Source: an uncultured Nitrososphaeraceae archaeon (lineage in GTDB: Archaea; Thermoproteota; Nitrososphaeria; Nitrososphaerales; Nitrososphaeraceae). From it: 64,000 nt of DNA. The stretch lies in the NCBI GenBank assembly GCA_963837175.1, contig CAWIMJ010000034.1, positions 96,001 to 160,000 on the forward strand. The letters are read 5' to 3'. The notes beneath the pieces were generated by a model. It was not told where the DNA came from. It worked only from the letters and a program-made list of their open reading frames with translations, and searched no databases. Shown here piece after piece: positions 59,235 through 64,000 of the stretch (positions within the stretch are counted from its first letter, which is position 1; each line of letters begins with the position of its first letter). A program made the position numbers and the translations under genes.

Positions 59235-60023
59235 ATGGCACCAGGGTTTGGTACTTCTCATAAGAGTAACGACTATAGCAGGTACTATTTCCTAATGTAT
59301 GAATGGCTTCATAGAAATAAATCATTACTCTTGGAACTTAATATAATCAATATAATTATGCTGTGTTTTATTCACTTTTTTATCCTCACTGTACAAATTA
59401 ATCCATCATCTACTGTCGAAAAAATTCTACAGATTATTACTATTAGTCTAACTTCTATTATAGCACTTTCTATTATATGGAGAGGGTCAATTTGTATAGC
59501 CATAGGTATCCTTGGACTTTCTCTGATATATGCAGGTATTCTTCTCCCGTCTTATGGTCTCAACATTTTGCAAGACGAAAAACAAAGTTACCCTGATGGT
59601 AAAAATGAAACATCTATGCTAACTATAGACCAGCCAATATTTGTGGCTACTCAAGGCTTCTTCTTTCTAGGAATAGCAATGGTTGTACTCAGCATGATAA
59701 TTGGGTATAGGCCAGATCTATTATATGTTAGAAATAGACCTGAGCCATTGGACACAATTTGGGATAAATATCCTATATGGTATGATTATAATAAAAAACT
59801 TGTAGGGCGTAGATATTCTGAACCTATGGTACGTCTTAAGAGTTTAATGACAGCTGAAGAAAACTATCTTGTATGGCGTTATGAGTATATTCTAGCTGAC
59901 GTCTATGATACACCACATCTAGTTAAACCAGACAGTTATCTTCCAAAAAGCTCGAAAATTTTCAGGGATAAAGAAAGTGGAAAAATGATTGGCAAGGCAA
60001 AATATATCGGATATTTTGTGTAA
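59235..60023 (+). CDS. Membrane hypothetical protein
   Basis: 3-4 TM helices and a soluble C-terminal domain. Confidence 0.65.
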   Translation: MAPGFGTSHKSNDYSRYYFLMYEWLHRNKSLLLELNIINIIMLCFIHFFILTVQINPSSTVEKILQIITISLTSIIALSIIWRGSICIAIGILGLSLIYAGILLPSYGLNILQDEKQSYPDGKNETSMLTIDQPIFVATQGFFFLGIAMVVLSMIIGYRPDLLYVRNRPEPLDTIWDKYPIWYDYNKKLVGRRYSEPMVRLKSLMTAEENYLVWRYEYILADVYDTPHLVKPDSYLPKSSKIFRDKESGKMIGKAKYIGYFV

Positions 60024-60025
60024 TA

Positions 60026-60138
60026 TACTAACTAACAAAAGTTCGTTTACAGATTTTTCTTAATATGTAAGGTTTACTATGCTTAAAAAATCCTTTTACT
60101 TGGTTTTTAAAACATATACGAAATTATGTTAGGCAGTA
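60026..60138 (+). mobile_element. MITE copy 3
   Basis: Near-identical to 14009-14120; TA flanks. Confidence 0.9.
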
Positions 60139-60659
60139 TAGTATATACACATGATACGATGATCCTAATGATATTAGTTTGTTTATTATATATCTATGAC
60201 GAAACTATTTATGTGGCCGATGGTTAGAAAAGCGTTTTGTAAAGTGTTATCATAATTTTATTGTTATTGTATAGTAGTAACAGCCTTTCACAAAATCTTT
60301 TGTTAAAGATATAATAGAGTATTTACAATCTATGTCATCATTATCCATCCACTACTGCTAAATACTGATATTACTACTAGAACTACAGCAGCTGAAATTC
60401 CAAGATAGTATATGAAAGCAGATTATGTTGAAACTTTTAGGAAAAGGAATTATTATTCAAAAAGAAAAAGAACTAAAATTACCGCTTACCTGCGCGATTA
60501 CAAATGCTTATGATGCTGTATCGAAGAAGTAAGATCAACTATTCAATATTCTTAATTTTTTTCTCATCTGTAGATAGTTGACATTATTCTAAATATATTT
60601 GCAAATTCAATAATAATCTAAATAAGCTTTGGCAGAAAAGCTTCAAACCCATAAGTGTA

Positions 60660-60973
60660 ATAGATATAACGCTACTACTATTCATGATGTATTCGTTTAG
60701 CACTTATTATCCTTTAGAAGCATTATAAAATTTCGACCAAACTTCTACGATCTTCTACTTATTGATATCAACATGCCTATGATTAATGCTTTGAATTATC
60801 TGCAAAGATATTAGATTTTGATATCAATCCTACGATATGATTTATTTCATCACGCCTAATAAATCAAGAAGCATTAAGAGAAACAATACACAACATTGAG
60901 TATAGAATGCTTTATTAGAACGCCAATTACAATAGAGTATTTGATTAAACGGGTAAAGGCAGAATTAGGTTAG
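60660..60973 (+). pseudogene. Response-regulator receiver protein remnant
   Basis: FRPNFYDLLLIDINMP...INQEALRE...FIRTPITIEYLIKRVKAEL. Confidence 0.7.
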
Positions 60974-61001
60974 GATAGAAGGAGGAGGTGGAGTAAACTT
61001 A

Positions 61002-61622
61002 TTGATTAGCTTAAATGCCAGAAAAGAATATGGTCACCTATATAGCAATATAGACTTTATAAAAAGCATGCAAATTCCCAAATTATATCTTATATTTGGT
61101 ATATTTGTCACTTTAATGTCTATATTATTATTACATCCTAATAGTCAAGCGCTTGCTCAGGAGCAATTTTTAACTTATGAAAATCCTGAATTAGGAATAA
61201 GCATACAATATCCTTCAAACTGGGAAAAGTTAGTAAATCTAGATAAATTTGTTACCTTTACAGCCCCACCTGAAACTGATACACGCATATATCCAGCAGC
61301 ACTTGGTTTAAAAGTTCAAGAATTATCATCCAAAAATATATCGTTACAGGAAATTACAAAGGTGCAAATGTCAAATTTAAAAAAAAGTAATCCAAATCTG
61401 AATGTTTTAGAATCAACATCCATTACCATTGCAGACAAACCTGCTCATAAAATAGTGTTTAGTGCTATAGACAATAAGGAAGTTGAACGTAAGGCTATGC
61501 AAGTTTGGACAGTAATTGGTAATAAAGCATTTTTGATTACATACAAGGCAGAACCTGATAAATTCTCAAGTTACTTGCCGACTATAGAAAGAATGATTGA
61601 TTCCTTTAAAGTTATAGAATAG
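61002..61622 (+). CDS. Secreted PsbP-like domain protein
   Basis: FLTYEN..LGISIQYPSNW...NKAFLITY...YLPTIERMIDSF. Confidence 0.85.
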   Translation: MISLNARKEYGHLYSNIDFIKSMQIPKLYLIFGIFVTLMSILLLHPNSQALAQEQFLTYENPELGISIQYPSNWEKLVNLDKFVTFTAPPETDTRIYPAALGLKVQELSSKNISLQEITKVQMSNLKKSNPNLNVLESTSITIADKPAHKIVFSAIDNKEVERKAMQVWTVIGNKAFLITYKAEPDKFSSYLPTIERMIDSFKVIE

Positions 61623-61738
61623 GGGAAGTGGCCGTTGGATGTGCTGCAAAAATGAAGAATAATTGGAGTAGTCTTTTCGAGGTTGGTTGATAATATTACT
61701 TATAGACTTTTATCAATTTGAAATAATATTAAAATAGC

Positions 61739-61870
61739 TGAACCCCTTTACCACAAGGGATATAATCCCCCAATCTACTCTCGTACTGTGATGTGAATAC
61801 TCGGTAATTTGAAGCATAATTTTAAAAAATTGTTAACAAAAAATATATTCATCTAATGCAAGAAGATTAT
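61739..61870 (+). repeat. att-like repeat plus about 100-bp downstream arm homologous to 3778-3890
   Basis: 31-nt identity to 44757; TCGG..ATTTGA.GCATAA...TTGTTA.CAAAAA..ATATTCAT.TAATG shared with 3817-3890. Confidence 0.65.
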
Positions 61871-61984
61871 AGCTATCCGATTTACATAAGGACTACGTTT
61901 GGTACAAATAAGAAAATGATAGTATCTTATATAACAAATATATTAAAAGCGTAAATAAAATCTTGAAAGTTAATTCTCATCATG

Positions 61985-62168
61985 GGAAAGAGGTAAAGTA
62001 ACTGACTTATCAGAACAAGCTACTTGTGAAGTATGTCGACTAACAGCTCGTACTAAAGATGAACTTAAAGTTCATATTCATAATGCACACGAGACTGCTA
62101 ATTCAAACAAAGTTTCATCAGATCAAAAAATTGATGCCTTTCCTTCAGAGTTTACTTTCTGTAAGTAA
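61985..62168 (+). pseudogene. Small C2H2 zinc-finger protein, no clear start codon
   Basis: CEVCRLTARTKDELKVHIHNAH. Confidence 0.5.
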
Positions 62169-62240
62169 GAGTTAGGACTTCAACGTTCTCTTCTAATAAC
62201 CCTACTAATTATATTAGTTGTATAGAATAAACATATAGGT

Positions 62241-64000
62241 TTGAGTTTAAGCAGGATTGCCGAAACCCCCTATACTCTTGTAGTTTGTGAAAAACCCGAT
62301 GTCGCACGAAGAATAGCACAGGCCCTGGGAATCTCAAGTTTTGAAAAAATATCAGGAGTAGAAATAGGAAGAGGAAGAAGCATACCAACTGTTTTTTCCG
62401 TAAAATCATCACCTAACAGTCGACGCTTTGTTGTATGCTCTGCATTGGGACACTTGTACGGATTAGTCGATGTTAAAGGAAACCGAAGTATGTATCCTGT
62501 ATTTGATGTTAAATGGAGACCAATTTTAAAAAAGAGAAATGGAAGCGGTCGAAAAACATCTACAAAATCTGAACAAATCATAAAGGCAATATCCTTGCTT
62601 TCCCGGAAAGCTACAAGGTTTGTTCATGCTTGTGATTATGATCAGGAAGGTGAGGTAATTGGGTACAATATTCTCGAATATGCCTGTAATAACAAATATC
62701 AAAACTCACTAAGGGCTAAATTTTCAACTCTCACAGATGAGGAAATAAGAAATTCATTTGATAATTTGTTAAAACCTAGTAAAGGATTAGCAGAAGCAGG
62801 GATATCCCGTCATATGGTCGATTTTATTTACGGAGTTAATCTCTCAAGAGCCCTTACACAATCTTTTAAGGTTAGCAATGATGGCAAAAGGTATTATAAC
62901 TTATCAATGGGCAGAGTACAAGGTCCAGCCCTTGCTTTTGTAGTGGATAGAGAAATAGATATTAGAAAACATATTCCAGAACCTTACTGGAGGATATCCG
63001 CAGAGTTTAAAAAAAATGGAAATATAATTAACGCACATTATTACCAGCAAATAGTAAACACACTATCTAAAGCCACTTCAATAGTTAATGCCTGCACAAA
63101 CAAAGAAGGTAAGATTACGGGCATTAAAGATCAAAAGGTCACACTCAGAGCTCCAACTCCTTTTAACCTAGGTGATCTACAGAAGGAAGCATATAGAGTA
63201 TTCAAATTTTCTCCCAATTATACGCTAACAATTGCAGAGAAACTATACATCCATGCACTAATTTCTTATCCAAGGACATCTAGCCAAAAGCTGCCTACTT
63301 CCATAAACTATAAGAAAATTATTTCAAGTCTTTCCAAGATTGGTTCTGGTATTGGTAGCAGTAACGAAGGTAGTAGTTGTGGTGGTCGTATCAGTAATAG
63401 TAGTAGTAGCAGTACCTATACAAACCTGACTGCAATATTGCTCTCAAGAGATTATCTTTCTCCAAACGAAGGAAGCAAAACTGATCCAGCACATCCAGCG
63501 ATCTACCCTACAGGGGAGATGCCAAAAGCTAAACTTGAGGGTGTTGAACTTAAATTATTTGATCTCATAATCAAAAGGTTTTTGGCAACTTTTGGAGATC
63601 CAGCGATAAGTAAGCACACAACAGTCACGATTCTCATTAATGATGACCACGTTTTCAAAGCTGATGAAAAGAAAATTATATCTGAAGGATGGATATTCTT
63701 TTATAAACCATATATTAATACTACTGGTCTAGGAACTCAAACTAATCTGCCAGCACTACACGACGGTGACATATTAAAAAATGTTGCTGTAACAAAGGAT
63801 GAAAGGTTTACCAAACCTACATTTCGATTCAATCAAGCTAGCTTATTAGAAGAAATGGAAAAAGAAAAGATCGGCACTAAAGCCACTAGGTCAGATGTTA
63901 TCAGCACGCTCTTTAAGAGAAATTATATTAGTAGTACTACTATTACTTACCAAAAAGAAAATAATGTAGCAAGAGAAGGAGGAATTCAGGCTACAGATAT
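62241..64000 (+). CDS. topA: DNA topoisomerase type IA (partial, runs off the window)
   Basis: VCEKP, ALGHL, ACDYDQEGE (TOPRIM), GRVQGP, ISYPRT (catalytic Tyr), DPAHPAIYPT, IGTKATR; frame checked at 62241, 63261 and 63870. Confidence 0.95.
   Translation, partial: MSLSRIAETPYTLVVCEKPDVARRIAQALGISSFEKISGVEIGRGRSIPTVFSVKSSPNSRRFVVCSALGHLYGLVDVKGNRSMYPVFDVKWRPILKKRNGSGRKTSTKSEQIIKAISLLSRKATRFVHACDYDQEGEVIGYNILEYACNNKYQNSLRAKFSTLTDEEIRNSFDNLLKPSKGLAEAGISRHMVDFIYGVNLSRALTQSFKVSNDGKRYYNLSMGRVQGPALAFVVDREIDIRKHIPEPYWRISAEFKKNGNIINAHYYQQIVNTLSKATSIVNACTNKEGKITGIKDQKVTLRAPTPFNLGDLQKEAYRVFKFSPNYTLTIAEKLYIHALISYPRTSSQKLPTSINYKKIISSLSKIGSGIGSSNEGSSCGGRISNSSSSSTYTNLTAILLSRDYLSPNEGSKTDPAHPAIYPTGEMPKAKLEGVELKLFDLIIKRFLATFGDPAISKHTTVTILINDDHVFKADEKKIISEGWIFFYKPYINTTGLGTQTNLPALHDGDILKNVAVTKDERFTKPTFRFNQASLLEEMEKEKIGTKATRSDVISTLFKRNYISSTTITYQKENNVAREGGIQATD

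Overview
AT-rich (roughly 30-33% GC by eye) archaeal DNA. The gene families point to a soil ammonia-oxidising archaeon (Nitrososphaeraceae), which is an inference. Almost the whole window is an accessory or decay-prone region: IS6, IS5/IS982-like and IS630 elements and remnants, a three-copy 112-bp TA-duplicating MITE, about 11 co-oriented tRNA-3'-end-like att motifs next to truncated tyrosine-integrase 5' ends, decayed restriction-modification genes, and stress/signalling cargo (USPs, Dps, P-II, histidine kinase, PQQ beta-propeller enzymes, MFS, EamA, patatin, HtrA). The window ends in a type IA topoisomerase gene that runs off the edge. The top candidate for a new system is a minus-strand locus at 36961-40038. 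It holds a stand-alone cyanobactin PatA/PatG C-terminal DUF protein, a PatA-like cytoplasmic subtilisin, and an upstream Cys-rich small ORF with an LPGFTA leader. This looks like a minimal archaeal RiPP-like peptide maturation system with no YcaO, oxidase or prenyltransferase nearby. Many genes carry single-base frameshifts that may be assembly errors. I found no complete tRNA, rRNA or CRISPR array. All family calls come from reading motifs by eye; no searches were run.
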